Positions 48,670-59,781 of a stretch of DNA of 64,000 nt are shown one piece after another. A program made the translations under genes and the position numbers. Below the pieces are notes generated by a model that did no database searches, had not been told where the DNA came from, and worked only from the letters and a program-made list of their open reading frames with translations. Source of the DNA: Tannerellaceae bacterium (GTDB lineage Bacteria; Bacteroidota; Bacteroidia; Bacteroidales; CAMTPD01); NCBI GenBank assembly GCA_051656605.1, contig JBOGCF010000007.1, positions 16,556 through 80,555 of the forward strand, written 5' to 3'. Each line of letters starts with the position of its first letter. Position 1 is the first letter of the stretch.

Positions 48670-49218
48670 ATGAAAAAGTTTATTTGCACCGTTTGCGGTC
48701 ACACTCACGAAGGAGAAACTGCTCCTGCTATCTGTCCACTATGTAAACAACCAGCTAACAAATTCAAAGAAGTAGAAGCTACAAACGATCTTCAATGGGC
48801 TGACGAACACAGAATCGGTGTTGCGAAAGATGTAGATCCAGAAATCCTAGAAGGATTGAAAGCTCACTTTATGGGTGAATGTAGCGAAGTTGGTATGTAT
48901 CTTGCTATGAGCCGTCAGGCAGACCGCGAAGGTTATCCAGAAGTAGCAGAAGCATACAAACGTATTGCATGGGAAGAAGCAGAACATGCTGCTAAATTTG
49001 CAGAACTTCTTGGCGAAGTAGTTTGGGATACTGAAACTAACCTAAAAGCAAGAATGGAAGCTGAATGTGGTGCTTGTGCAGACAAAAAACGCATTGCTTC
49101 AAAAGCTAAAGAACTTGGTCTTGACGCTATCCACGACACTGTACACGAAATGTGTAAAGATGAAGCTCGTCACGGTCAGGCTTTCCAAGGTCTTTACAAC
49201 CGTTTCTTCAAGAAATAA
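48670..49218 (+). CDS. Reverse rubrerythrin / NADH peroxidase
   Basis: N-terminal rubredoxin-type CTVC...CPLC, then ferritin-like GECSE, EEAEHA and DEARHG motifs. Confidence 0.92.
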   Translation: MKKFICTVCGHTHEGETAPAICPLCKQPANKFKEVEATNDLQWADEHRIGVAKDVDPEILEGLKAHFMGECSEVGMYLAMSRQADREGYPEVAEAYKRIAWEEAEHAAKFAELLGEVVWDTETNLKARMEAECGACADKKRIASKAKELGLDAIHDTVHEMCKDEARHGQAFQGLYNRFFKK

Positions 49219-49243
49219 TCGACAAGAAATATTTGTCAATCGT

Positions 49244-49339
49244 AAAGAAAGGCTGTCGGACTTGCTCCGACAGCCTTTCTTTTATTCTATAGATTCACCT
49301 AAAAAAAAGAGCTGCCCAAATAATATCGGGCAACTCTTT
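49244..49339. terminator. Two terminator hairpins between convergent genes
   Basis: aaagaaaggctgtcgga/tccgacagcctttcttt (49244-49282) and aaagagctgccc/gggcaactcttt (49306-49339). Confidence 0.8.
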
Positions 49340-49383
49340 GTAAACTGAGTTAAACAACTAAATATCGAAGTAAAACGAACTTC

Positions 49384-52300
49384 TTATTTCAACTCTTTGA
49401 TACGAATATCTTTAAACTTAACAACCGAACCATGACCTAAGAATCCAATATGGCCTTTCTCATTGAACAAACCTGGATGTTCTCTTTTGTCTGGAGTTCC
49501 ATTTGCTGTAGCTTCTTTGATATCTCCATCAACAATAACCTCACCATTTAAGATCACTTTAATTTTATTACCTTTGGCAATTACCTCTTGAGTATTCCAT
49601 TCCCCAACCGGTTTCATAAAGCCTCTTTTAGCAGGAATAATACCATATACAGACCCATGGTGTTGATATGGAGTAATATCTTTGTAGATTGGATCTTCTC
49701 CATCAAGGATTTGAAGTTCCATGCCTACATAAGCAGCATCTCCTTCCATTGGTGTGCGAATACCAAGTCCGTTGTTTGCACCTTTGGTTAATTGGAAATC
49801 AAAACGCAACACAAAGTCTTTGTATTCCTCTTTCGAGTACAAGTTACCACCTCCATGATTTTGCGGATACAAAACAATACAACCATCTTCAGCAACATAA
49901 TCTTTGGTATTACCCGTCCAACTATGCATTGATGTACCGTCAAACAAAACTTTAAAGCCTTCTTTCTTTTCATCAGCTGAAAGTTCGAATGGTTGAACTG
50001 TTGGCAACTCATTTACATATATATCGCGGTACGAGACTTTGCTACCATGCGCTTGAAGTTCGATTTGTTCCAACATTGGGATTGGCTGCTTTCTATCCCA
50101 ATAGTTTTCCATAATCACATTATCAACAACTGTTTCGCCATTTAAAACAACCGTTACACGCTCACCAACCATCTTAATATAGAAGCTGTTCCACTCTCCA
50201 AGTTTGTTATCGGCAACGTGCGAAGGCTTACTCATATTGGTAGCATTGTTATATAAACCTCCCGATCCTACTTGAGCACCCACATTTACACGAGATGTAT
50301 CCCAAATCTGAACCTGTGGTGTTCCTCGAAGATATACTCCGGCATCAGCCTCCGGTCCTGCCGGATCGAGCATCCAATCTACATACATTTCGAAGTCACC
50401 ATATTTTTTATCTGTACAAAGATTATCGCCCTTACCGTTGAATACAAGACATCCGTCTTCTACACTCCAGCCGGCACGCATTGCTTCATCAGCCTTTTCT
50501 TGAGCTTTAGCTAGTTGAGCCGGGGTCATCTTTTCTCTCGAAATTGGATTACCCACTAAACCTTTCCAACCATCAAGATTCTTACCGTTAAAGATAGACA
50601 CATAGCCTCCTTCTTGTGGAAGCTCTGCAAGGTGTTTCTTAATTGCTTCTTTTTGATATTGACTATCCGGCCCACTTATTACTTGCAATACCTTATTTAA
50701 TAACGCTGTAACATCCTGACCATAATAGCTTTTATTATTCAAAGCAATATTCATGATTGTCTGGCAAGCTTGTTGTTGTGTCGCTGCATTATCAAGATAA
50801 TCTCCTGCTGCAATCAACCCTAAGAATGTGCCAGTCTTCTGTATTTGCTTTAATGTTTCATTTTGTTGAGCCGGAGTTTTTGCAACATCTAGCCCTTTAC
50901 GAAGGAATATTAGTTTATTCTCATTGGCAATCGGAGCTGATGCAACTTTCGCGACATAGGCATTAAAGGCTTGATTGAAAAAGTCTGCAGACCCCTTATT
51001 TGTACATATTGCATATAATGCATCGGCAGCTTCAAAACCATTCCATGTTTGAAGAGCATTTACAGCTTGCTGTTTAGCATCTGCATTACCTTGAGAGAAA
51101 CCTTCAACAATCACATCTAATGCCTTCGGATTACCCGTTGCTGCTAAAATCGTATAATAACGAGGTTTAACAGACGCTTGCACTTTTCCCATTTGAGACA
51201 TAACAGCATTGAAGCGTTCCGACTCTGGCATAGTAGATACTGCTGCAACAATTGCCTGCTGAACTGCTGATATATTATCCGAATTTACACTACCCAACAT
51301 ATTATATAGCGTAGGTAACTCCTCTATTGTTACCACATCTTTCAATGTTGTAAAAGCAGCCTGCTGAACAGCCTTATTACTGTCTCCACATAATGCGAGA
51401 ACTTGTTTTGAATAAGCATCACTTTTGCGAAGAGCCAATAACTGAAGTGTCGCAATTTTACCGGCTTCACTATCTTTAGAGAATCCTGCCATCAATGGAG
51501 CGGCAATATCTCCTTTCGTAAACGCCAATGCTTCTTTTGCACCTTCTACAATAGCAGGATCGCTGGATGTCATTAATCCAGACAATGCATTAATCGCATC
51601 AACACCACCAATCAATCCAATCGTTTTGATTGCCGCAAGTCGCACTTCCGGGTTTTTACTTTCAAGCATCGGAAGAATATCAGGCAATGTAGAAGAAACG
51701 CGATTAACCCCTAACCAATTGATAATATCAGCTTGTGTTTCCGGTTTTGATTTCTTGAGCTTTGAGGCAACTTTATCAAAAAAGGCGTCATCTGCAAATG
51801 CACTTGCGTACATCAATGCAGCATTGCGATATTCTCGATTAGTATCATTCAATGCATTCAAGACCTGTTGCTGCCCTCCGCTACTCTGAATATCTAAAAA
51901 CAAATCCAATGCTGCAGCTCGTGTTCCTTGTTGATTTGCTTTCTCAGACTGCTTCATGAGATCCTTTGCATGTTTTTCTGCAAGTTTCGTATTACCTGTC
52001 GCAGCCATCTTTCCAATCAATGTAATATATGCATCGTTAGCGCCTGAATATTCCATCGTATATCCGACCTGCTTTGCTGCATTAGCTAATATACTCAGTG
52101 ATTTTTCGCCTCCACAACGACCCAATGCATAATATAAAGCTCTTGAGTCTGTTTCTGCAACTTTGCCGACTTGCTGAAGTAATAATGCTTCAGCCTCTGC
52201 TGTCTGAGACTCACCCAAAGCATTGATAATATTTTTCTTTAATGCCGGACTCGTTGTATTTAATGCAGATAATAAGGCTTGTTGAGCTTTTTCACTTTTA

Positions 52301-52776
52301 TTGGAAACCAAAGCACGAGCTGCATACCCTGATAAATATTCATCATTCAACATCGAAGCTAAGAAATCAACACTTTCATCTGTGCCTAACATTCTCAACT
52401 GACGAATAAAAAATGCTTTAGAGTCTTTACATTCTGTATTTTTTATTGCTGCGATATATGCATTCTGTAAATTCTTTCGTGCAGTTGCATCTTTTAGCCC
52501 CAATACATAAACAGAAAGACCGTTAAGTGCATAATCAAGACTCACACGATCTGCTGGTGCTGTTTGATTTCTCATTTTCAGCAACTGAGCCACACCACTT
52601 TCGCCTGTGGATGTAATATCTTGTAAAGCTTGGTTATAAACAGCTTGTGTACCTGCTGGCATTTGCGCTAGCGCATCTACAAGTTTTGTATTTGCCGATC
52701 TATTTGCATCTAGTTGTGCAAACATCATTGTACTCGACAACAATAAAATATTTACTGGTAATAGTATTTTTCTCAT
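49384..52776 (-). CDS. Exported HEAT-repeat protein with two C-terminal DUF1080 (3-keto-glycoside hydrolase-like) domains
   Basis: Ala-rich helical repeats, then two IFNGKNLDGW / LFDGTSMHSW...GEWN...IELQAHG / IGFLGHG domains. Confidence 0.85.
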   Translation of the reverse strand: MRKILLPVNILLLSSTMMFAQLDANRSANTKLVDALAQMPAGTQAVYNQALQDITSTGESGVAQLLKMRNQTAPADRVSLDYALNGLSVYVLGLKDATARKNLQNAYIAAIKNTECKDSKAFFIRQLRMLGTDESVDFLASMLNDEYLSGYAARALVSNKSEKAQQALLSALNTTSPALKKNIINALGESQTAEAEALLLQQVGKVAETDSRALYYALGRCGGEKSLSILANAAKQVGYTMEYSGANDAYITLIGKMAATGNTKLAEKHAKDLMKQSEKANQQGTRAAALDLFLDIQSSGGQQQVLNALNDTNREYRNAALMYASAFADDAFFDKVASKLKKSKPETQADIINWLGVNRVSSTLPDILPMLESKNPEVRLAAIKTIGLIGGVDAINALSGLMTSSDPAIVEGAKEALAFTKGDIAAPLMAGFSKDSEAGKIATLQLLALRKSDAYSKQVLALCGDSNKAVQQAAFTTLKDVVTIEELPTLYNMLGSVNSDNISAVQQAIVAAVSTMPESERFNAVMSQMGKVQASVKPRYYTILAATGNPKALDVIVEGFSQGNADAKQQAVNALQTWNGFEAADALYAICTNKGSADFFNQAFNAYVAKVASAPIANENKLIFLRKGLDVAKTPAQQNETLKQIQKTGTFLGLIAAGDYLDNAATQQQACQTIMNIALNNKSYYGQDVTALLNKVLQVISGPDSQYQKEAIKKHLAELPQEGGYVSIFNGKNLDGWKGLVGNPISREKMTPAQLAKAQEKADEAMRAGWSVEDGCLVFNGKGDNLCTDKKYGDFEMYVDWMLDPAGPEADAGVYLRGTPQVQIWDTSRVNVGAQVGSGGLYNNATNMSKPSHVADNKLGEWNSFYIKMVGERVTVVLNGETVVDNVIMENYWDRKQPIPMLEQIELQAHGSKVSYRDIYVNELPTVQPFELSADEKKEGFKVLFDGTSMHSWTGNTKDYVAEDGCIVLYPQNHGGGNLYSKEEYKDFVLRFDFQLTKGANNGLGIRTPMEGDAAYVGMELQILDGEDPIYKDITPYQHHGSVYGIIPAKRGFMKPVGEWNTQEVIAKGNKIKVILNGEVIVDGDIKEATANGTPDKREHPGLFNEKGHIGFLGHGSVVKFKDIRIKELK

Positions 52777-52787
52777 GGCTTAGGGTA

Positions 52788-54044
52788 TTAAATATTCCAA
52801 GGAGCTCTCATTGGTTGATCAACTAACTTATTCGCTGCTTCGTCATTAACAAACAACTGAGTAACCGGATCAAAATAAAGAGTGCGATTCAGACGAAGTG
52901 CTGCTAATCCCATATTTACAATCGTACAAGAACGATGACCATTTAGCTCATTAAGAGCAAACTTCTGACGATTCTTCACACAATCAATAAAATCTGTATT
53001 TTGTGGTTCTGGTTCGGGATAATCAGCAAGTTTCTTCTCCCAGTTTGGAATATCGCAAACAAAGTTTTTGTATACATTTCCTTTAGGCCCTGCGATATAT
53101 GGAGTATTTGGATCACCATAATCTCCACCCCAAAGCACAATTTGACAACCATCATCATAAGTGTAGGTTATCGAACGCCAAGTACCAACAGCGTCATTGT
53201 GTTGCTGCGGAGCATCTACTTCGACTTTAATCGGACTTGTATTATCTTTACCTAAGAAATATTGTACCGGATCAATGTAGTGCTGGCCCATATCGCCTAA
53301 ACCACCTCCATCATAATCCCAATATCCTCTAAAGGTTCCGTGAACACGATGTGGGTTGTAAGGCTTATACGGAGCTGGCCCTAACCACATATCGTAATCC
53401 AGTTCCGATGGAATCGGAGCTGGATCAAGATGCTCTTTACCAACCCAATAGAATTTCCAGTCAAAACCTGTATGCTTACTAATAGTTACTTTTAGTGGCC
53501 AACCTAGCATTCCACTTTGCACTAGCTTTTTCAGTGGTTTCACAGGAGTACCCAAACCATAAAAAGGATCATCAAATCTAAACCAAGTATTGAGTCTAAA
53601 GATTCGTCCATATTGATTTACGGCTTCTGCAACACGCTTCCCTTCACCAATTGTGCGTGTCATTGGTTTTTCACACCAGATATCTTTTCCTGCTTTTGCC
53701 GCCTCAACCGACATGATTCCATGCCAATGCGGAGGTGTTGCAATATGAACGATATCTACATTTTTATCAAGAATAAGCTCTCTAAAATCATGATATTGGG
53801 CAATTTTCTCTTTTACTAAGTTTGCACCAAGTTGCAAGTGATTTTTATCAACGTCGCACACTGCAACTAGACGTGTTCCGCCATAATTTAAGTGTCCGCG
53901 ACCCATTCCGCCAGTACCAATTATACCTTTTGTCAATTGATCACTAGGAGCAATATATCCCCTACCTAATACATGACGAGGCACAACAGTTAATGCGGCA
54001 ATACCTCCTACAGTTTTAAGGAAGTCTCTTCTGTTTGTTTTCAT
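52788..54044 (-). CDS. Tat-exported Gfo/Idh/MocA oxidoreductase
   Basis: NRRDFLK twin-arginine signal, GIIGTGGMG, IATPPHWH, CEKPM, WLGPAP. Confidence 0.9.
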   Translation of the reverse strand: MKTNRRDFLKTVGGIAALTVVPRHVLGRGYIAPSDQLTKGIIGTGGMGRGHLNYGGTRLVAVCDVDKNHLQLGANLVKEKIAQYHDFRELILDKNVDIVHIATPPHWHGIMSVEAAKAGKDIWCEKPMTRTIGEGKRVAEAVNQYGRIFRLNTWFRFDDPFYGLGTPVKPLKKLVQSGMLGWPLKVTISKHTGFDWKFYWVGKEHLDPAPIPSELDYDMWLGPAPYKPYNPHRVHGTFRGYWDYDGGGLGDMGQHYIDPVQYFLGKDNTSPIKVEVDAPQQHNDAVGTWRSITYTYDDGCQIVLWGGDYGDPNTPYIAGPKGNVYKNFVCDIPNWEKKLADYPEPEPQNTDFIDCVKNRQKFALNELNGHRSCTIVNMGLAALRLNRTLYFDPVTQLFVNDEAANKLVDQPMRAPWNI

Positions 54045-54332
54045 GGAGTAAATTATAATTGTAAATTATCATGGTTAACTATAAAAGAATCGATGCAATA
54101 TATATAAAATATATCTATTCAAAAACAAACATTATATATTTGTTACAATAATATCAATATAAAACACAAACATGTAAACATATAACAGTTTTATAGCGAT
54201 ACAGACATTTATAAAATAGATAAACCTACTGATTTGCAGACAAAAAAATATGAGAAGTTGTTGTTTATCTTCTCATATTCTTTGAATCATAAAAGGAATA
54301 TTGATATATCCATTATATATAGGCCAATATTA

Positions 54333-56102
54333 TCAATCTAAGGTAGGATTAAAAGTTCCACCCCAATTTGAATTTTGTTCTAGATTACTATTCCTATCTA
54401 TTGCACTTTGTGCAATTGGAAAGAAATAATAAGTATCGGGAACAGATGTCTCTTTCACTCCCGAAAAAGGAATTTGATGTAGAATATACTTAAAATTATT
54501 CTCGACCAGTTCATTTTTACTAGCCTTTGTTTTAGCCTCACCAAGAGGCATTTCTGTTCCATCAATATTAATAGCAATTGCTTCTACGCCATGTTTTGTT
54601 TTACCATTAATCAAATCAAACCTTCTTAAACGTCGTACATCCCAAAAACGATAACCTTCAAAACAAAATTCGATATTTCTTTCCTCCAGAATCGCCTCAC
54701 GTACATCTTCTCTAGTTGTCGCATCTATTCCATAATTATTATTCAGCCCGGGTTCTATACCTGCTCGCTCTCTAATTTCTCGCAAAACTGTCAGAGCAGC
54801 ATTCGTATTACCTGTTTCATTTGCAGTTTCAGCATAATTAAGCGCAACCTCTGCAAAACGCATCACAACATAATCTATATCATATTGCTGCACTTCAGAT
54901 TGAAGCAAAGATAAGTCACTTGCTTTCCGAATAAAAAACCCACTTGCCGAATTCAAATTAGTTGAGTTTACATTCGCATTGGGATTTACTCCAAAATCAT
55001 CCATTTCATGAGCAACTCCTAAAGCTGTATATTGACGATTACCCTTTTTTCCCGAAACTTCATAAACCGATCCATTCCATACAACGGATTTTTCGAAACG
55101 AGGATCTCTGTTTTTCCAAAAGTTCTGTAAGAAGTCATTTTCTGCTATTGCATATTTTCCAGTAGGATCATTAAACTTTTTTCCATCTTTCATTGGAAAC
55201 TCTTTAACAAATTCCCATGTAGGCCCAGCCCAAGCATTACCACGACTCTCTGAACCTGGTCGAACACCATTATCCCAATTTGCCATTTTATTAGGATAAG
55301 TATTAACAACAGCAAAAACCGTTTCTCTATTTCTCTCAACTAAAAACAAATCATCATAATTTGAAACTAAAGTATGACCATTCTTTTTTAGTAGCTCGTA
55401 TGCTGCTTTATTTTCCTCATAGGCCTCACTCCAATATTTATTATCCCATGGATTATTGGGATTAAACTGTGGTGATGCTTTATATAATAAAACCTTTGCT
55501 TTAAAAGCTGTAGCATAACATCCGTCAATTCGACCATAATCATTCGAAGTCGATGCTATTTTTTCTGGCAACAAAGCTATAGCATCATCAATATCCTTTA
55601 GAATCAAGTCAAAACACTCTGCTGTTGTATTACGTTTTACGTATAAATCATCTTTATCCTTATCTTGAGGGATCGTAATATATGGAATTCCACCATGATA
55701 ATTAACCATACCAAAATATACGTAGGCACGAAGAAATAAAGACTGCCCTATTAATGCGTCTTTAACGGGTTGAGTCAAATCTCCATTAGAGACATTTTGT
55801 ATTGCCTCATTAATCAACCGAATTGTTTTATAATTCCAGTTCTTATAATTATCATTTGTGATCGTTATTGCATCTTTGTAAAAATGAATTCCACTCAATT
55901 GTTGAGATGTCTGATCTGCCGAAGGACTCCAGTTCCCAAAAATACTTGCATATAAATTTGCCACATAAGCATTTGCTAACTTAGGATCATTCCATACTTT
56001 ATCTGCATCGTAACTATATATATTATCTATGTCAAGCGTATTACAACTTGTCATTGCACCCATTGACATAAGTGCAATTGCTAAATATGCAATCTTTTTC
56101 AT
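54333..56102 (-). CDS. SusD/RagB-family lipoprotein
   Basis: Lipobox MTSC, HGGIP, RDPRF, MRFAEV, ERNIEFCFEG, YFFPI, QNSNW. Confidence 0.92.
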   Translation of the reverse strand: MKKIAYLAIALMSMGAMTSCNTLDIDNIYSYDADKVWNDPKLANAYVANLYASIFGNWSPSADQTSQQLSGIHFYKDAITITNDNYKNWNYKTIRLINEAIQNVSNGDLTQPVKDALIGQSLFLRAYVYFGMVNYHGGIPYITIPQDKDKDDLYVKRNTTAECFDLILKDIDDAIALLPEKIASTSNDYGRIDGCYATAFKAKVLLYKASPQFNPNNPWDNKYWSEAYEENKAAYELLKKNGHTLVSNYDDLFLVERNRETVFAVVNTYPNKMANWDNGVRPGSESRGNAWAGPTWEFVKEFPMKDGKKFNDPTGKYAIAENDFLQNFWKNRDPRFEKSVVWNGSVYEVSGKKGNRQYTALGVAHEMDDFGVNPNANVNSTNLNSASGFFIRKASDLSLLQSEVQQYDIDYVVMRFAEVALNYAETANETGNTNAALTVLREIRERAGIEPGLNNNYGIDATTREDVREAILEERNIEFCFEGYRFWDVRRLRRFDLINGKTKHGVEAIAINIDGTEMPLGEAKTKASKNELVENNFKYILHQIPFSGVKETSVPDTYYFFPIAQSAIDRNSNLEQNSNWGGTFNPTLD

Positions 56103-56112
56103 GATTTAATCT

Positions 56113-59100
56113 TTAGAATTTAATGTCAATACCAAAAGTAAATGCTCTCATTAAAGGAAATGAATCATAACAGTCTTGTTCTGGATCATGAAACTCATTC
56201 ATCTTTGAAATAGAGAATAAATTACTACCATTGAAGAATACCTGAGCATTTGTAAGCCCAAAAACAGATAAGAAATTACGAGGCAAGTCATAGCCAAAAT
56301 TTAAATTCTTCAATCGAAGATATGCTCCATTACGAATCCAGAAAGATTGAGCACCAGTACCTGACTCATACCAGTTGTTTCCAATAACTCGGGGATACTT
56401 AGCATCTGTATTTTCCGGAGTCCACACATCATCAGCCCAGATAGGATAATATGGACGAATAGAACCACCATGTTGGCGAATACCTGCTCCATCAAGATTA
56501 CTGATCATTCTATCATAGCCACCTACTCCTTGAAAGTGAAGATCTAGCGTAAACCCTTTCCATCGCAATGTTGTTCCAAAGCCAAAATTAAAGCGTGGTG
56601 AAGCCTTATCTGATAATAATTTAACATCGTTACCATCTACCTTACCATCTGGCCCCGGAGTATAACCATCACCTCGAACATCTTCTAACAACAAACCTCC
56701 TAGATATGGATCTCTACCAAATTGCTTATACCCTTTAGCTAATAACTCATCTAACTGCTCTTGAGTACGCACCATACCTAACGTTTTATAGCCGGTAAGC
56801 CGATTAATCGGTTTTCCTATTGCTGACATCTCTGATAAATTTCCTCCAGGAGCGTACAATACAGTCTCATCTAGAATATCCCACCTATCTTTTGTGTAAC
56901 CAATATTACCATAAATCGTATAATCAAGCTTTCCTCCAGCAGCGATATCTCTCCAATTTGCAGTAATCTCAACACCTCTCCAGGAACGCTTAGCATAATT
57001 TTCAGGAGCTAGATCTTGCCCATATGTATCTGGAATTGTAATAATTCTCGAACCTAAGATATTCTCTTCTGTCCTATAAAAAGCATCGAATGACCCTGAT
57101 AATCGATTATTCAAGAATCCAAAATCAAAACCACCATTCACCGTCTTTGATGTAGCCCAAGTAAGGTTTGCATTTGGTGTCGCTCCAGGCATAATACCCA
57201 AATTAAGATCATTCCCAAATATATACGAATAGCCCGGTTGATATACGGGAATATATGAGAATGGAGATATTTTATTTTCGCCGCCTTTATTTAAATCTAG
57301 ATCATTACCTGTAGACCCATAAGACGCTCTAAGTTTTAAATTATTAAACCAATCCTCAACACCGTCCATAAAACCCTCTTCTGTCATACGCCAAGCAGCG
57401 GAAAATGACGGAAAGAATCCCCAGCGTCTATGTTTTGGAAAAAGAGTATTTCCATCATAGCGAAATGAAAATTCACCAATATATTTTTGAGCATAACTAT
57501 AATTAAAACGACCAATCCAAGAAAGTCGTCCACCTGTAGTCTCACTAGCACTACCCCATCTTCGTTCAGTATCCGAAGAATACACAAACATTTGATCAAA
57601 ATACGTCAAAGGGTCTTCCGCCTTTGCAAATACATATTCTCCACCATTCTGAGCTTGCTCCCATACAACTGTTGCCGCAATATCGTGTTTCCCAAATGAA
57701 TTATTATACATCAAGAACCAGTTGAGCTGTTCGCTCCAAAGTGTATTTACATTATAGCTTAAAAACTCTTGATTTTGAGAAAATGTAAAAGTATTGATTT
57801 TATTCGGGTCAGGTGGAGCTGGAATAAACCTGTTCCCATCAGCATTAGCTGGAGCCCAAACATAATTTTTTTGGTAGGTGAGGAATTTCTTTCTTGTATA
57901 ATCATTCCCAATATAATTAGCAGTAAATCGAGTTGTTAAACCTTTTAATATTATATCTAAATCAATATCAAAGGATAAAATGGCGTTTACTTCACGCTGC
58001 CTGGTTTTTATATAGCGATTTCCAATCACTTGGTCAATAACACTCCATGCTTGCCAGCTACCCATTGGCGTTTGTACCGGATAATCTGTTACTCCATTAG
58101 CAGGACTACCATCTGCATGTAAATAAAAAGGATATGTTTTAGGCCAATTAAATGTACAACGATATAAATCTCCTACAGTCTGCTCATCATCTCCAGAAAA
58201 TGGCCAAAAGAAACGACGCTGATTTTGTTGATTACCTGCAATATTCAGATTCATTTTAATCTTATCTGTGATTTTGGCTGTAACATTAGATCGAAGATTA
58301 AATTTCTGATTTTCCATATTTTTATAGGAACCTTCTTCTCCAATATAACTCGCCAAAGCGTAATATGAAATACGATCACTACTTCCCGACACACTTAATG
58401 AATGCTTCGTATTCCATGGATTTTGCCAGATGTAATCATTTACATTATAATTCTTATCAGCAAAATATTCGAATTCGTCCTTCCCGTTTGGCAGAGCTTT
58501 ACCGAGATATTCTGAAACCCTATTTTGATAAATCAATTCATCAACTGCTGTAAACCGATCTGACATCAGTTCTCGTGTAGGATTCATGAAAGTATAAGAA
58601 CCTTGATAATTAAATACAGGTTTGGCATTTGCATCTGAACTTCCTTTTTTAGTAGTAACTAAAACAACTCCATTTCCAGCTTGAGAACCATATATTGATG
58701 CTGTTGCTGCATCCTTCAAAAAGCTCAACTCATCAACCTCATTTGCTTCCAATGCGTCGAAAGCTGCTTTATCTCGTACTATCCCATCAATCACAAATAA
58801 TGGCTCACCAAAACCTCCACGCATGCGAATAGAAGAAGAAGCCCCCATAAATCCAGAGTTTCCTGTAATATTCACGCCAGGTGCACGTCCAGCAAGCGTA
58901 TTCGACAAATTTGATGTTGAAATATTTGTCAACTCATCAGTTTTAATTGCTGTAATAGAGCCTGTCATGTTTACTTTCTTCTGTACACCATAACCAACAA
59001 CTACAACCTCTTCAAGATTCTTGGTATCTTCCCTCAATACCACTCGAAACTCATTACTTGATTTATCTATTGGAACCTCTTGCTCAATATATCCAATATA

Positions 59101-59406
59101 ACTTATCTGCAAAACACCATTCTCTGGAACTTTCGAGATACTGAAATTTCCATCAATATCAGTAATAGTTCCATCGGTAGTACCCTTTACCCTAATATTA
59201 GCCCCAATAATAGGCTCTCCTTTTTGGTCGACAACAATACCTTTAACAACTAGACCTTGATGTATCTCCATACTACTATCGAATGGCACCTGTTGTTTTG
59301 AGCGTAAATTAGGTAATTGATCTGATACATTATATGTATCAACAGCCAGCAAGCTTGTTGCGGCAAAAAAGACAGCATAAGTCGTAAACGATGCTTTTCT
59401 TTTCAT
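56113..59406 (-). CDS. SusC/RagA TonB-dependent transporter
   Basis: LEEVVVVGYGVQKK, LKDAATASIYGSQAGNGVVLVTTKKG, YLRLKNL, terminal F. Confidence 0.95.
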   Translation of the reverse strand: MKRKASFTTYAVFFAATSLLAVDTYNVSDQLPNLRSKQQVPFDSSMEIHQGLVVKGIVVDQKGEPIIGANIRVKGTTDGTITDIDGNFSISKVPENGVLQISYIGYIEQEVPIDKSSNEFRVVLREDTKNLEEVVVVGYGVQKKVNMTGSITAIKTDELTNISTSNLSNTLAGRAPGVNITGNSGFMGASSSIRMRGGFGEPLFVIDGIVRDKAAFDALEANEVDELSFLKDAATASIYGSQAGNGVVLVTTKKGSSDANAKPVFNYQGSYTFMNPTRELMSDRFTAVDELIYQNRVSEYLGKALPNGKDEFEYFADKNYNVNDYIWQNPWNTKHSLSVSGSSDRISYYALASYIGEEGSYKNMENQKFNLRSNVTAKITDKIKMNLNIAGNQQNQRRFFWPFSGDDEQTVGDLYRCTFNWPKTYPFYLHADGSPANGVTDYPVQTPMGSWQAWSVIDQVIGNRYIKTRQREVNAILSFDIDLDIILKGLTTRFTANYIGNDYTRKKFLTYQKNYVWAPANADGNRFIPAPPDPNKINTFTFSQNQEFLSYNVNTLWSEQLNWFLMYNNSFGKHDIAATVVWEQAQNGGEYVFAKAEDPLTYFDQMFVYSSDTERRWGSASETTGGRLSWIGRFNYSYAQKYIGEFSFRYDGNTLFPKHRRWGFFPSFSAAWRMTEEGFMDGVEDWFNNLKLRASYGSTGNDLDLNKGGENKISPFSYIPVYQPGYSYIFGNDLNLGIMPGATPNANLTWATSKTVNGGFDFGFLNNRLSGSFDAFYRTEENILGSRIITIPDTYGQDLAPENYAKRSWRGVEITANWRDIAAGGKLDYTIYGNIGYTKDRWDILDETVLYAPGGNLSEMSAIGKPINRLTGYKTLGMVRTQEQLDELLAKGYKQFGRDPYLGGLLLEDVRGDGYTPGPDGKVDGNDVKLLSDKASPRFNFGFGTTLRWKGFTLDLHFQGVGGYDRMISNLDGAGIRQHGGSIRPYYPIWADDVWTPENTDAKYPRVIGNNWYESGTGAQSFWIRNGAYLRLKNLNFGYDLPRNFLSVFGLTNAQVFFNGSNLFSISKMNEFHDPEQDCYDSFPLMRAFTFGIDIKF

Positions 59407-59781
59407 GGTTAGTTCATTTAAGTTTCACAACAAAGATTTAATTTAAGTTTATTCAAAAGTGACTATTTCCATAATATCGCTAAATACTCCAAGTATTGTA
59501 TTTTTTTTGCCCCAAATCACTTTTTAACAACCACAACAAACATAAACATATATTTGTAATAAATCAAGTTTTGGTTATCTTTTTTATTTTTAACCATTAC
59601 TCGCTATTGATATTTTTTTAGCATAAGAAAGAATATGTAAAAATATAAATATACAGTTAGTTACAAATATTGACTTAAATCAACTAATATCGGGGAGTAT
59701 TACACTCACTTTATCAATAAACTGGCTCTTATTCGGTAAAATATATTATTTTTGAGAAGCTAAACATGAATAAATTTTACG

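Noticed and set aside
9142-59406. Similarity among the four susC 5' regions as a shufflon or DNA repeat family
   Set aside because: Explained by conserved protein motifs; I saw no long identical nucleotide repeats and no recombinase.
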